Positions 1 through 10,964 of a stretch of 64,000 bases of DNA are shown here, in pieces. Made by a program: the position numbers and the translations under genes. Source of the stretch: the human T2T-CHM13v2.0 reference genome, Homo sapiens; NCBI RefSeq assembly GCF_009914755.1, contig NC_060940.1; one strand, given 5' to 3'. The notes beneath the pieces are model-generated. The model saw only the letters and a list, made by a program, of their open reading frames with translations. It searched no databases and had not been told where the DNA came from. The number at the start of each line of letters is the position of its first letter. Position 1 is the first letter of the stretch.

Positions 1-44
1 ATTAGTAAGGTTAGAATTTCAGGATTTTGAAGTGCAGTGATTTT

Positions 45-860
45 TATCAGTTAGTGTCAAGCCAGGAATATGAAGGTCACCTCAGGTAATTCAATAGAGG
101 GAAATTAACATGGAGCACGAGTAATGATCATGTTGGAAGATGTGAACAGGCAAATGAGGAAGAGGGGCAAGCCAGAGATTCACAACAGCAGTTGGGACTG
201 CACTACCTACGGCACAGAGACCTAAAGAGACCAAGAAGGAGGTCAGCGCTGCCAGGTGGGAACTAGAATCATAAAGGAGATATAGCTACAGCTAAAGGTG
301 CCATATGAAGTGAAGAGAAATGGGGATGGATATGATTTGGCCATGTCCCCACCCAAATCTCATCTTGAATTGTAGCTCCCATAATCCCCGCATGTCATGG
401 GAGGGACCTGGTGGGAGGTAATTGAATCATGCATGGGGGCGGGTTTTCCCGTGCTGTTCTCGTGATAGTGAGTAAGTCTCACAAGAGCTGATTGTTTTAT
501 AAAGGGCAGTTCCCCTGCACACACTCTCTTGCCTGCCGCCATGTAAGACATGCCTTTGCTCCTCTTTTGCCTTCCACCATGATTGTGAGGCTTCCCCAGC
601 CATGTGGACCTGTGAGTCTGTTAAACCTCTTTTTCTTTATAAATTACCCAGTCTCAGGTATTTCTTCATAGCAGTATGAAAATGGACTAATACAGGGACA
701 TAACTTTTTTTTTTCCATTGACTGCCCTTAGTTGATAGCTGGTTGGCAAGGGAGCCTAGGCAAGGTAATTTGCAGGAGTCAAATCTCTGTAAACTGAGCA
801 GATCACAGAAGAGATGGAAAAGGTTCTAAGGACAAACAGGCCACAATGATTGTGCAGATT
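45..860 (-). mobile_element. Ancient MLT1-type (MaLR) LTR, split by the THE1 LTR at 328-694
   Basis: Both flanks resemble consecutive parts of an old MLT1 LTR (e.g. 'ggcaagggagcctaggcaaggtaatttgcag...gacaaacagg'). Subfamily is uncertain. Confidence 0.5.
328..694 (+). mobile_element. THE1 solo LTR (THE1C/D-like, MaLR)
   Basis: Starts 'gatatgatttggccatgtccccacccaaatctcatcttgaattgtagctccc', ends 'ggactaataca'. 5-bp TSD gggat/gggac. Confidence 0.95.
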
Positions 861-957
861 TTTACACCTTAAAAATCCATTCTAATATGTGGAGTGACAG
901 AGGTAACTGCTTCCAGCACAGAATAGTATTCCAGCTAAAAATCACATTACTACCCCC

Positions 958-1385
958 TATTAAAAGAAAAACTTCAGCCAAACTAAAGTTAAAGGAGTTT
1001 AAATGAGGAATGAATGATTCACGAATCAGATAGTCCCAGAATGACAGCAGATTCAGAGACTCCTGGGATGCCTCGTGGTCAGAACAAATTTATAGACAAA
1101 GACAGGGAATGACACACAGAAATCAGAAGTGAGGGGCAGAAACAGCTGGATTGGTTACAGGTTGGCATTTGCCTTATTTGAACACACTTTGAACACTCAG
1201 CAGTGTATGAGTGGTTGAAGTATGGCTGCTGAGATTGGCCAAGACTTAGCTATTGTTATAGGCACGTACTCCTAAATTAGGTTTTCAATTTTATCTGCCT
1301 GTTAAGTTAGGTTATGGTTTGTCCACAAATATTCAAATACAGAAGTACAGAGTCCTTCTCAGGCTATATTTAATTCGCTTTAACT
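958..1385 (-). mobile_element. MER57 solo LTR (ERV1)
   Basis: 'ttaaaagaaaaacttcagccaaa...ggattggttacag...ttcgctttaac' matches the reverse complement of MER57. 4-bp TSD cccc. Confidence 0.85.
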
Positions 1386-1614
1386 CCCCAAAAGATCATA
1401 CTATGACATATGAATGCCTACACCACAATACACAACATGATCTGGAAGTCAAAGAAATCAGCAAAGATTGTAACTTTTTGCCCTCTGGCATACAGATACA
1501 AAGCCAGGAATATTAACCTGCCCTGTGAGCAAATATTATTGTCATGATTATTATATTATTGTCAATAATCATTATATATATTAAGAATTATAACTGATAT
1601 CAATGAAAATATGG

Positions 1615-2180
1615 TATAAGACATTGTGTTTACCTTCCAAAAACCCCTCCACACACTTTTATTGCTTTGCAGCTTTATGATTTTGGTGGGAATGACCCCA
1701 GCCCTATCTAGAAGGTTGAGTAATGATGTGTCTACATTCAGGGAAATTCCATCAATCTTACAAGAGTATTTCAAACATAGCAACCCAGGCATAAGCTAAT
1801 CAGCATAGGACATTTCATTGGCTATAGAACTTGTGCAGGAATGGTCCATTCAAATTTTATTCAATAATTGTGAAAATAAAATTCCATTTCTCTAAAAGAT
1901 AAATGAATGAGCAATCATGATTCTTAAATTCCTTCTTGTAATCCTGGCATGGAACTCAGCATGGAAACAGTCTAACATCCTCTTGGTACACAGGGGTCAA
2001 AAACAACCAGATCACAGAAAAATGAATATAGAGCCTTGATCAAGTCATGCCTGAATTCCATTACTTTCAAATACTTCAGCTATATAAGTCAATACATCTC
2101 CTAGATTATTTAAACCAATTACAGCGTTTTTTGTTCTGGTTTTTGTTGTTTTTATTTATTTGTTTTTATATTAGTAACTA
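1615..2180 (+). mobile_element. Ancient ERVL-type LTR (LTR33/LTR16-like), degraded
   Basis: 'gagccttgatcaagtcatgcctgaa...cttcagctatataagtcaatacat' resembles the 3' part of LTR33-type LTRs. Confidence 0.45.
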
Positions 2181-2189
2181 CACACAAAA

Positions 2190-2390
2190 TACTAGGGACA
2201 TTGCTACTTACTGTGCATGGGCTGTCTCACTGATTTCTGCCAAGAGTCCATCCAGGGAAGTAGATTTTATCACTGCCTCCACTATTATATTCAAGGAAAG
2301 TAAGGAATGCAACTTTCCCAAATTCCTACAGTTTGGAGAGAGAGAGTTTGAATTCAGGCCATCAGACTTCAGACCTTATACTTTTAACTG
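2190..2390 (-). mobile_element. MIR fragment
   Basis: Core-like 'aactttcccaaattcctacag...tttgaattcaggccatcagacttcagacc'. Confidence 0.55.
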
Positions 2391-2672
2391 TAGCATCACA
2401 GATTTCCCATACCTGCTTTGCTGCGCCAAAACATTTCTGTATTTGGTAACTCTACTCTGAGAGAGATTTTTTAAAACAAATTATTTTATAAAGCCCCAAA
2501 CAGAAAACGGAGGAGCAGGTTAGAGAATGATCAGATGTACACAATCAAACCAAGTTAAACTAAAGATATAGTCAAATGTAGCAGCCTTTACCAAAACAAC
2601 TCATTCAGGGACATTAGGTATACATGAAACATTTTGATCACACAGGTTAAAATGTCAGCTCTTAAGCAATAC

Positions 2673-2941
2673 TTTTTTTAATTTTTTTCTTTTTTTGGAA
2701 ACAGTCTGACTCTGTCACCCAGGCTGGAGTGCAGTGGAGAATCACTGCTCACTGCAACGTCTGCCTCCTGGGCTTCCAGTAACCCTCCTACCTCAGGCTC
2801 CTGAGTAACTGGGACTACAGGCAAGTGCCAATATGCCCAGCTAAGTTTTTGTGTTTTTAGGAGAGACCTGGGTGCAGCAATCCACCAACCTCAATCTCTC
2901 AAAAGTGCTGTGATTACAGGCTTGAGCCACTGTACCCAGAC
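2673..2941 (-). mobile_element. AluJ with an internal deletion in the left arm
   Basis: Poly-T followed by antisense Alu sequence. TSD agcaatac/agcaatat. Confidence 0.92.
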
Positions 2942-3379
2942 AGCAATATTCTTTTTAAAAGGTAAATAAAAGTGGTATTCACCAGGGATGCCCATTTTGT
3001 TTTCAGGACTGGGGGAAGTGTTGATTTTAACTAAAAATAATGTGATTATAAAATTTAGAGTTCTCTAAGAGTGTGATTCCCTTAGCTTATAATGATGGCT
3101 TTGAAAACAGATTTTAGGATTATACTTTAAAGTTACTCCTATGTAAAAGTTTTTGAGCAAAAAATACCATACATATTACTTATATATACACACAGGAATA
3201 TATACACATACTCACATAATTCTATATATGCATACGTAAGTATATATTACATAAAACTCGTGTATTCCATAGAAAATAATTATGTGATCATATATGATGT
3301 GTTACATATGAATTATAACGATGCTTGATATGTACATATATATAAAACTTTGTTCTTATCTGCTAGATATATGTGAATT

Positions 3380-3820
3380 TCATTTTTAAAGCGTTTAAGT
3401 TCAGGGGTACAAGTGCATGTTTGTTACCTATGGCACATAGGTAAACTTGTGTTGTGGGGGTTTGTTGTATAGGTAATTTCATCAACCAGGTATTAAACCT
3501 AGTACCCATTAGTTATTTTTCTTGACCCCCTCCCTCCTCCCACCCTCCACCCTCTGAAAGGCTCCAGTGTGTGTTGTTGCCTTCTATGTCCATGTGTTCT
3601 CATCATTTAGCTCCCACTTATATGTGAGAACATGTGGTATTTGGTTTTCTCTTCCTGTGTCAGTTTGTTAAGGATAATGGCCTCCATCTCCATCCATGTG
3701 CCTGTAAAGGACATGATCTTGATCTTTTCTATGGCTGCATAGTATTCCATGGTGTATGTATACTACCTTTTCTTTATCCAGTCTATCATTGTTGGGCATT
3801 TAGGTTGAGTCCACGTCTTT
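3380..3820 (-). mobile_element. L1 3' end (L1PA13-16-like), 5'-truncated
   Basis: Antisense L1 3'UTR. 14-bp TSD gatatatgtgaatt (3366-3379) / gatatatatgaatt (3821-3834). Confidence 0.92.
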
Positions 3821-4030
3821 GATATATATGAATTCTATTTAATTGTAGTATTCTTTCTCACTATCAAATAAATATAATCTCTACTCACTTAAGTCTTACA
3901 CTCTGTCTCCAACAAAATCGCCTGCAGTTGTCCATGGCAGATATAACCTTTTATAAAAACTAAGTACAAGAGAATTGAACTACATGGGCTAGATTTGTTC
4001 ACATTCCCAAAATACCACAACCCTCTTTCC

Positions 4031-4326
4031 TTTTTTTTTTTTTTGTTTTCTTTTGAGACAGAGTCTCACTCTGTCACTCAGGCTGGAATGCAGTGGTGTG
4101 ATCTCGGCTCACTGCAATCAGGTGCAAGCGATTCTGGTGCCTTAACCTCCCAAGTAGCTGAGATTACAGGCACGCACCAGCACACCTGACTAATTTTTTG
4201 TATTTTAGTAGAGGCGGGGTTTCACCATGTTGCCCAAGCTGGTCTCAAACTCCTGAGCTCAGGCAATCCGCCTGCCTCAGCCTCCCAAAGTGCTAAGATT
4301 ACAGGCGTGAGCCACCTTGCCAAGCC
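4031..4326 (-). mobile_element. AluS/J
   Basis: Antisense Alu with poly-T. TSD caaccctctttcc on both sides. Confidence 0.95.
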
Positions 4327-4638
4327 CCCCAACCCTCTTTCCTGATCAATTCCTTAGGGACCCCTGAGGATTCAGAACATGCTGTGGCAGTGATCCGTTT
4401 CATCATCACTCTGGCACCCTATCACCTGGCACACATATTCTTCCTGCTGCTAGGAATGGATGAATGCACTGGAGAAAGCCAGCTCCTTGGTGACTCCCTA
4501 TAAACAAATGTGTATTTTCCCTTGGAAAACATCCCTGTCTGAGGAACCAGTTAGCAGCTATTCTTGGCTGAATTTATTTTTTCTTTTGCCCTGTTGTGGG
4601 CATTTTGACTTCATTGTGTGTCCATTTTCCCTAAATAG

Positions 4639-4755
4639 AAAACACAAGGTCTATGCTGAATGTTTCAAAAAGAAACATTCTACAAAAATAAACTTCTACA
4701 AAAATGGTAGAAGTTTCTGGTTTGGTCTTGATAAGCCTAGTTCTAAAAATAAGAA
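4639..4755 (+). pseudogene. Candidate upstream exon (KHKVYAECFKKKHSTKINFYKNGRSFWFGLDKPSSKNK)
   Basis: Acceptor 'tccattttccctaaatag', donor 'gaa|gtgagg'. 117 nt, open, phase 2-2. Confidence 0.3.
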
Positions 4756-5204
4756 GTGAGGACAGTAGGTTTTATATTGGTCTTTCTTCTGTTTAAAGAA
4801 GCAGCAACATTCTAAACTCACTAAGCCCACTAAGTACTATATAAGCAAGTGCTACCAAAATGAGGCCATTTCTGCCCACAGGGATTTGGATGTGTCAAAG
4901 TCCTATTTCCCACCACTGGTCAGTACCAGGACAGAAATAGCATCCTGAGAGTGAGTTGTGTCATCCTTTGAATTGAAAGAGGCTTGAAGGCCCTGCCCTA
5001 AGGCATTCGCTTCATGGGTAAACGTCCTGTTTAGCAAACATGTCAGTAGGACAAAAGTGAATCTTCAAATAAATTGGATACAAGATAGACAAGTTTTGCT
5101 GAGATTTTCTGGGGAAAGGGTCAAGAAAGGCCCGGAACATGTAATTATCAAAAGAATAAGACAGCTCAGGTTCCAAATGGAGGCTGGTGTCTGAGCAGGA
5201 GCTA

Positions 5205-5390
5205 GGGCCTTGAAGTCAAGCAGATCTCTTTTGACACCTGGGTTTGCTACCGGCATGAAGCCCTGCAACATTAAACAAATCTTTGAACAGTTCTTGCTAT
5301 GCTTTGGTGTTCTCAGTTTGAAGATGGGATCGATGCCTATCCCAAAGTGTTATTGTGATAGGCTGAGGAGCTGACATAAAGCTCTTGGTT
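5205..5390 (+). mobile_element. MIR fragment
   Basis: Degenerate core 'gtgttctcagtttgaagatgggatcgatgcctatcccaaagtgttattgtga'. Confidence 0.5.
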
Positions 5391-5537
5391 CTTCTAAATT
5401 CTCATTCAGTGGTGCTGGTCAATATTAAACCCCTCCTCCAGACACACATCGTCACTTAAGATATCTCCCAACCTGCAAGCACAGAGCTTGTATACACAAG
5501 GCCAAAGGTACAAAGCACTACTTTCTTAATCTTTTCC

Positions 5538-6482
5538 TGTGATTGGCAAAACTCTAAAAATGGCGCCCAAGATTTCACACCCTAATCCCTGGAAGCCATA
5601 AATATGAAACGATGTCACTCTCATCATTATTCCCATGTAACGCAGCCAAGCGCTTGTGTCATGCCATATGGTACAGTTGACTATGAAACAGGGAGGTAAC
5701 CTGGGGGTATCACATGGGTCCTTTTAAGCAAACAGCTTTCCCAGCTGTTGAAGAAGGAAAAGTTGGAGAAATTTAAAGTGAGAAGGAAAAGTTGGAGAGA
5801 TTTTAACATACTGTTGCTGTTCAGAAGACAATCCACAAGAGGATAAATGTCATGGTCTGAAGTTGCTGAAAGACCTCCCCACCAGCCACTGGCAGCCATG
5901 GAGTGAGGAGTGGGACCTCAGTTCTACACCTGCAAGGAACTGGATTCTGCTGACACCTAGAGCCAGCATGTGTCTAAGTCCCTTTGTGTGGCTGTAACAG
6001 AATAGCCCAGACTGGGTAATTTATAAAGAACAGACAGTTCTGAAGGCTGGGAAGCCCTATATCAAGATGCCGGCACCTGCTGAGGGCCTTTCTGCTATAT
6101 ACTCTCATGAAAGAAGGGCAAGAGAAAGCCAGCTCCCTTCCCAAAGCCCTTTGCAAGGACACCTGATCCCATTCACAAAGGAGGCGCCCTCATAGTCTAC
6201 CCACCTCTTAAAGTCCCCACCTCTTAATACTATCACATTGGCAACAGCTGGATTTTGGAGAGGACACATTCAAACCATAGAGGCTTGGAAGTAGATTCTT
6301 CCTCTGAGCATCCAGGGAGAAATGCAGCCCTGCTGACACCTTGATTGCATCGTTTTGAGACTGAAGCAGAGATCCCAGCTGAGCCATGCCTGTCTTCTGG
6401 AACAGTGAGATAAGACATCTGTGTAGCTTTAAACAGCTATATTTTTAAGGAATATGTTATATAGCAATAGAAAACTGCTACA
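5538..6482 (+). mobile_element. MLT1E-like LTR interrupted by a younger MaLR LTR
   Basis: 'gacctcagttctacacctgcaaggaactggattctgc' resumes after the insert as 'gcttggaagtagattct...gcaatagaaaactgctaca'. Confidence 0.8.
5969..6282 (-). mobile_element. MST/MLT1A-type LTR nested in MLT1E
   Basis: 'tgtgtctaagtccc...cagactgggtaatttataaagaac...gacacattcaaaccatag'. Confidence 0.85.
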
Positions 6483-6524
6483 CTGAGATAGCAAGAGAGT
6501 CAGAGAGAGAGAAAGAGAGAGAGA

Positions 6525-6655
6525 GAGAATGGGCAAATGAAGCAAAAGCAATCAACAATTGGTGAACCTGGGAAAAGGATATAAAAGCCTTCTTTGTGTT
6601 ATTATTCTTGCAACTTTTCTGTAAATTTGAAATTACAGCAAAATAAAAAGTTGCA
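6525..6655 (+). mobile_element. L1ME 3' end
   Basis: 'ggtgaacctggg...ttcttgcaacttttctgtaaatttgaaatt...aaaataaaaagtt'. Confidence 0.7.
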
Positions 6656-7548
6656 CATAATTAAAGCACAGGATAAAATAAAGCCCTTTGGCATCTGTGT
6701 AACTGCTAGTATATAATGCAAACTCATAAACCCTCCTTTAAAGTGTGCAGGAGATGGGTGTCTGCCATGAGTGATCCTCAGAGAGAAGATAAGTATTCAG
6801 TGACTCTGATAACAAATTCTCTGGTCTATTCCAGATGGTATGAGGTCAAAAGAAGGCTTCTCTTTTTAATTTTGGTATTAATATCTCTTTTAAAAAAGAT
6901 CTCTGCCTGAATCTAATTATAGGAGGTTCATGACTCCTATCATGGCTATTATAGGGCCATTAATCCAAGGATACAGCACTGTGCTAATGCTGAATATTGG
7001 TGTATTAAGAAATGCATGATCATTCCCTTGAGAATGTCTAAAACCACATCCGTGTGATGAAGAGATCATTTGCACACATAAAGCAACATTTAAGACACCA
7101 GGTTGTTGAGTTTACAATGCAAAGCCTCAAAAATTAGTGTAGGCTTGATAATGTTAATAACTAATTCATCCATCAGTGGTGTTCTGTGGTCCTTCTAAAT
7201 AAAGTAAAACAAACATGGATAAGCAGAATCTGTTTGATGTTGATTTCTCTGCTTTGCCCTTACTAGAAAATACATTTGAGAGAGCCTAGAAATAAGTCAA
7301 ACGTTGCTCAAGTTATGTTTTAAAATATCCTCTAGGTCTGTTTTCTGTATTTCCTCTGTCAGTTCTCTCTCAGTTCTACATTTTTCATTAAGCTTCTTGG
7401 ATTAACTTTCATCCCCGTACCTTCTGTCAATAGTACTCTAAGATATTTTGACATTGATTATCAACATCAGTTTCAGTTTGATGCCATCTTTTGTGCACTG
7501 TGGGACTTCAGCATGCCTTTTCTTTCTTTGCTTTTCCCCCCCACTTAG

Positions 7549-7577
7549 CTCATTTGAATTCCTATATCTCCTGACAG
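7549..7577 (+). pseudogene. Candidate 29-nt exon (SFEFLYLLT)
   Basis: Long pyrimidine tract ending 'ccacttag', donor 'cag|gtgggc'. Phase 2-1, open. Confidence 0.4.
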
Positions 7578-8279
7578 GTGGGCACATCATAATACTACAA
7601 AGCAGTTTCAAGCACAAGAAAAACAGACTTTATTTGAGCTCCACCACTCTTCTGTCCATGGAAAACCATCTTCTTTGCTTATAATAACTTACCAGTGGCC
7701 AAAGGACTAAAACCACGGACTCATTGAACTGTTATCAGATCTCTTCAGGGCAGCATGAGCTAGGGAGGGAAAACCTCAGCCTTCCTCTCAAGACAGTGCT
7801 TTCCATTTTTGGACAATGATAATGGTTTGTTAGAAAACACTTATCTGTGTGGATATGAATCTGCACCTCTATAACTTCTAATCATCATTCATTGTTTCTA
7901 CGTTTATTCAATTATTATTCCTTTTGGGTTGGGTTAAAATAATTCCTTTTTCGAATTGACAGTTCTTCTAAGATGTGAAGATATCCTCTTCCCTTCCAGG
8001 CCCCAGCTCCTCTCTTTTCCAGCTAAAGTATACCAGAATTTTCCCAAGGCTTACCTGTGAGCATCTCACACTTGGTTGTCCTCCTCTGGACCAGCCCATT
8101 TAGTAAGCATCACTCTGTGTGTGCAGATATGTAGATATACATGTATATACATATATACAGTAGCCTAATGTTATAGAGTATAATAAAATTCTTGAAAATG
8201 AGACAGAGTTATCATTGACTTACCAATTATTATCTTGTCCTGGATAGGATTCAGGCATCTGCATCCTCTATCTTTATAA

Positions 8280-8680
<401 letters not shown>

Positions 8681-8782
8681 TAATTAAGTGTTATTCTGTC
8701 TCTATAAACATTCAAATGCCAGTAGAGAATAATTCAAATTTTAACTGAAGTAACTGATAGTCTGTAATTACCAATTTTATAG

Positions 8783-8888
8783 TTGCCAAGTTTTTTTCAG
8801 ACACTTATATGAAACCATTGCTTCATTGTAGCAAGGGCGCACTCCTACAGAACATTTTATTTAGCTGTCAATCCATTCATATGGGAAT
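8783..8888 (+). pseudogene. Candidate exon (AKFFSDTYMKPLLHCSKGALLQNILFSCQSIHMG)
   Basis: Acceptor 'ttttatag' (in-frame alternative 'tttttttcag' at 8800), strong donor 'aat|gtaagt'. Phase 1-2, open. Confidence 0.5.
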
Positions 8889-9919
8889 GTAAGTACACTT
8901 AGTTTTATTTGTTCTCTTAAAGAAACAACCATCTTAAAAATAAAATGAGCATACTAGCTTTCAAGAATGCAGCTATTTAATAGGTAGCCTCTGTCACAGA
9001 CAAAATAAATGGTACCTAATTCATAAAAAGTTAAAATTTAGTCACATTCTGGGCAAATTAGCAGGTTGAAATATTGGTGGTATTCTCATAATAGCTAGAC
9101 TGCAATTCTGAGAAAACTATGCTGTTTTATTGTAACTAGCAGGCCTAGAAGTCTTGTAGGCTTTCAAATCTCTGGGCATAATTTTCTGTGGTCCTACGAC
9201 CTAAAGCAAAGTAAATTGCAGGATTAAAATTTGCAAAGACTGAGTGACAGTACTGCCCTAAATTCACAAAATTTTCACACACAGAACGTTGTAATTTTCA
9301 CATTAGACATCTAGTCTTGTTTCTATACCTATGAGTAACTTATTTAAACCCATTCAAACTGTTTTATTTAGCATAATGATGCTATGTTAATGTTTAATTC
9401 TCTTTTATATGAAATTTGAGTGAGCAAAGAAAAATATCACATTGGTCCAGAAACCTTTTAATATTTTTGTCGTCTTAAGGTAAAGAGCTATAATTCTGGT
9501 TATCTCTAGGTAAAATGCAGCAGTGATATTCACAACACAGAATTGAAGCTTTTAACTGAGTATGACCTGCACTTAAATTTTGGAAAAATTAACAATTTTG
9601 CTTTGGATGCCATTATCCTTCCTCACTTGCTGAACAAGAATGTTCCTATCCTTTGCAAAATAAGACCTAGGATTTCCCTTGAATCTGTATTTAAATTTGT
9701 GATATGATAATAATATAAAAATAAATGTGCCTACCAAATACAAATGTTCTTAACCTACTACAAAATTAAAATTACCATTATAGCTATTTCTGCTTATAAA
9801 CTCCATTCGTTTTCAGAGGTTGCTGCTTTCTCCCTAATGGCTCCTTGAAATTATGACCAGCTGTTCTTGTTACTTAAATGTTTGATAGGAAAACACCTGG
9901 AAATAAATGACTTCCACAG

Positions 9920-9951
9920 GGAGCTATGTTGCGCCATTTGCCAAAGAAAAG
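9920..9951 (+). pseudogene. RING exon 1 (ELCCAICQRK); may instead start at the 9817 acceptor
   Basis: Acceptor 'gacttccacag', donor 'aag|gtgggg'. Supplies the first CxxC of the RING and ends in phase 1. Confidence 0.65.
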
Positions 9952-10332
9952 GTGGGGGGGAGCATAAATGACTAAAAATGAACAACTTTGCTACTCTATT
10001 TTTATGAAAATAGCATCTTAAGGTACAGATTTCATATATGTAGGAAATCTTAAGTTTTATAAAAATTTGACTAAGAATGCTGTCTTCAGATTTACTATTT
10101 TTATGTTAATCTAATATAAATACTATAGTTGACTTCATCTGTTTTATATTTTTATCCTTAGAGCTAAAAGTACATATGGCTAATGAATTAAAACTATAAT
10201 ATTTAATATATACTTGCAAAACAATATATTGTAGAACCGTAAAATTTTCTGCTTTGAACTTATGCTGAACCCCTTGCCCCCGATACCAAGATGCTAACCC
10301 ATATCTTCTACCTTCCTTCTTGGAATCAACAG

Positions 10333-10455
10333 TTCCAAAACGGAACATAAATGGCACAGACAGGCCAGATTGCAAAGACAAACCGTTCTGTAATATGTGT
10401 GCCTATGATTTTATGGCTTGTTCCAAGTGTGGTATTGAGATCCAGTATGAAACCA
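10333..10455 (+). pseudogene. RING exon 2 (PKRNINGTDRPDCKDKPFCNMCAYDFMACSKCGIEIQYET)
   Basis: Acceptor 'ccttccttcttggaatcaacag'. Donor at 10455 (or 10431), both phase 1. Open, with a C-x-D-x3-C-x2-C-x6-C-x2-C pattern. Confidence 0.7.
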
Positions 10456-10964
10456 GTATGCCATTATTTCACTCTTGTAAATACATGTGCATGCATGGAT
10501 GCACACACATGCACAGACACACATTATAGAATTATAGAATGTGTATACACATTCTATAACCTGTAGAAAATGTCAAGAAGTAGACATAGTAAACTACTAG
10601 CGGTAATTTCTTCTGGGGTTAGAACTAGAATTGGGCAGAAGCAGAAATTGCAATTTTGCTCTACTTGATTTTCAATGTTTTACATTTAAAAGAACCAAAA
10701 AAGAAAAACAACAAAGTAACTGACTTTGCTACTGATAGCCTTATAATGAATGTTTTGCTTGTGAGTATAATCTTCTCACCATACCTAGGCCTAAGTTTCC
10801 ATGGCCGGTACCATGTACTTTCTCATGCATCATTGCTTAAGTTCCTTGTGACAGCTCTCTACAGGTGTTAGCATAAATATTCTTGTTTTTATTTTACGGA
10901 CTAGTACAATGGTCTTTAAACAAAGTTTATCAATAGAGTTGAACCATTTCATATGGAGATGCAG

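Noticed and set aside
9837-9890. Kinase 'MAPEIM' motif
   Set aside because: It needs two frameshifts and lies upstream of the RING, out of order with the kinase-like exons.
10333-10460. Resemblance to IZUMO4 (CG..QYET) and CRIPT, and a GPCR-TM4-like peptide in another frame
   Set aside because: These are short motif coincidences. The RING reading explains all the cysteines and the upstream exon.
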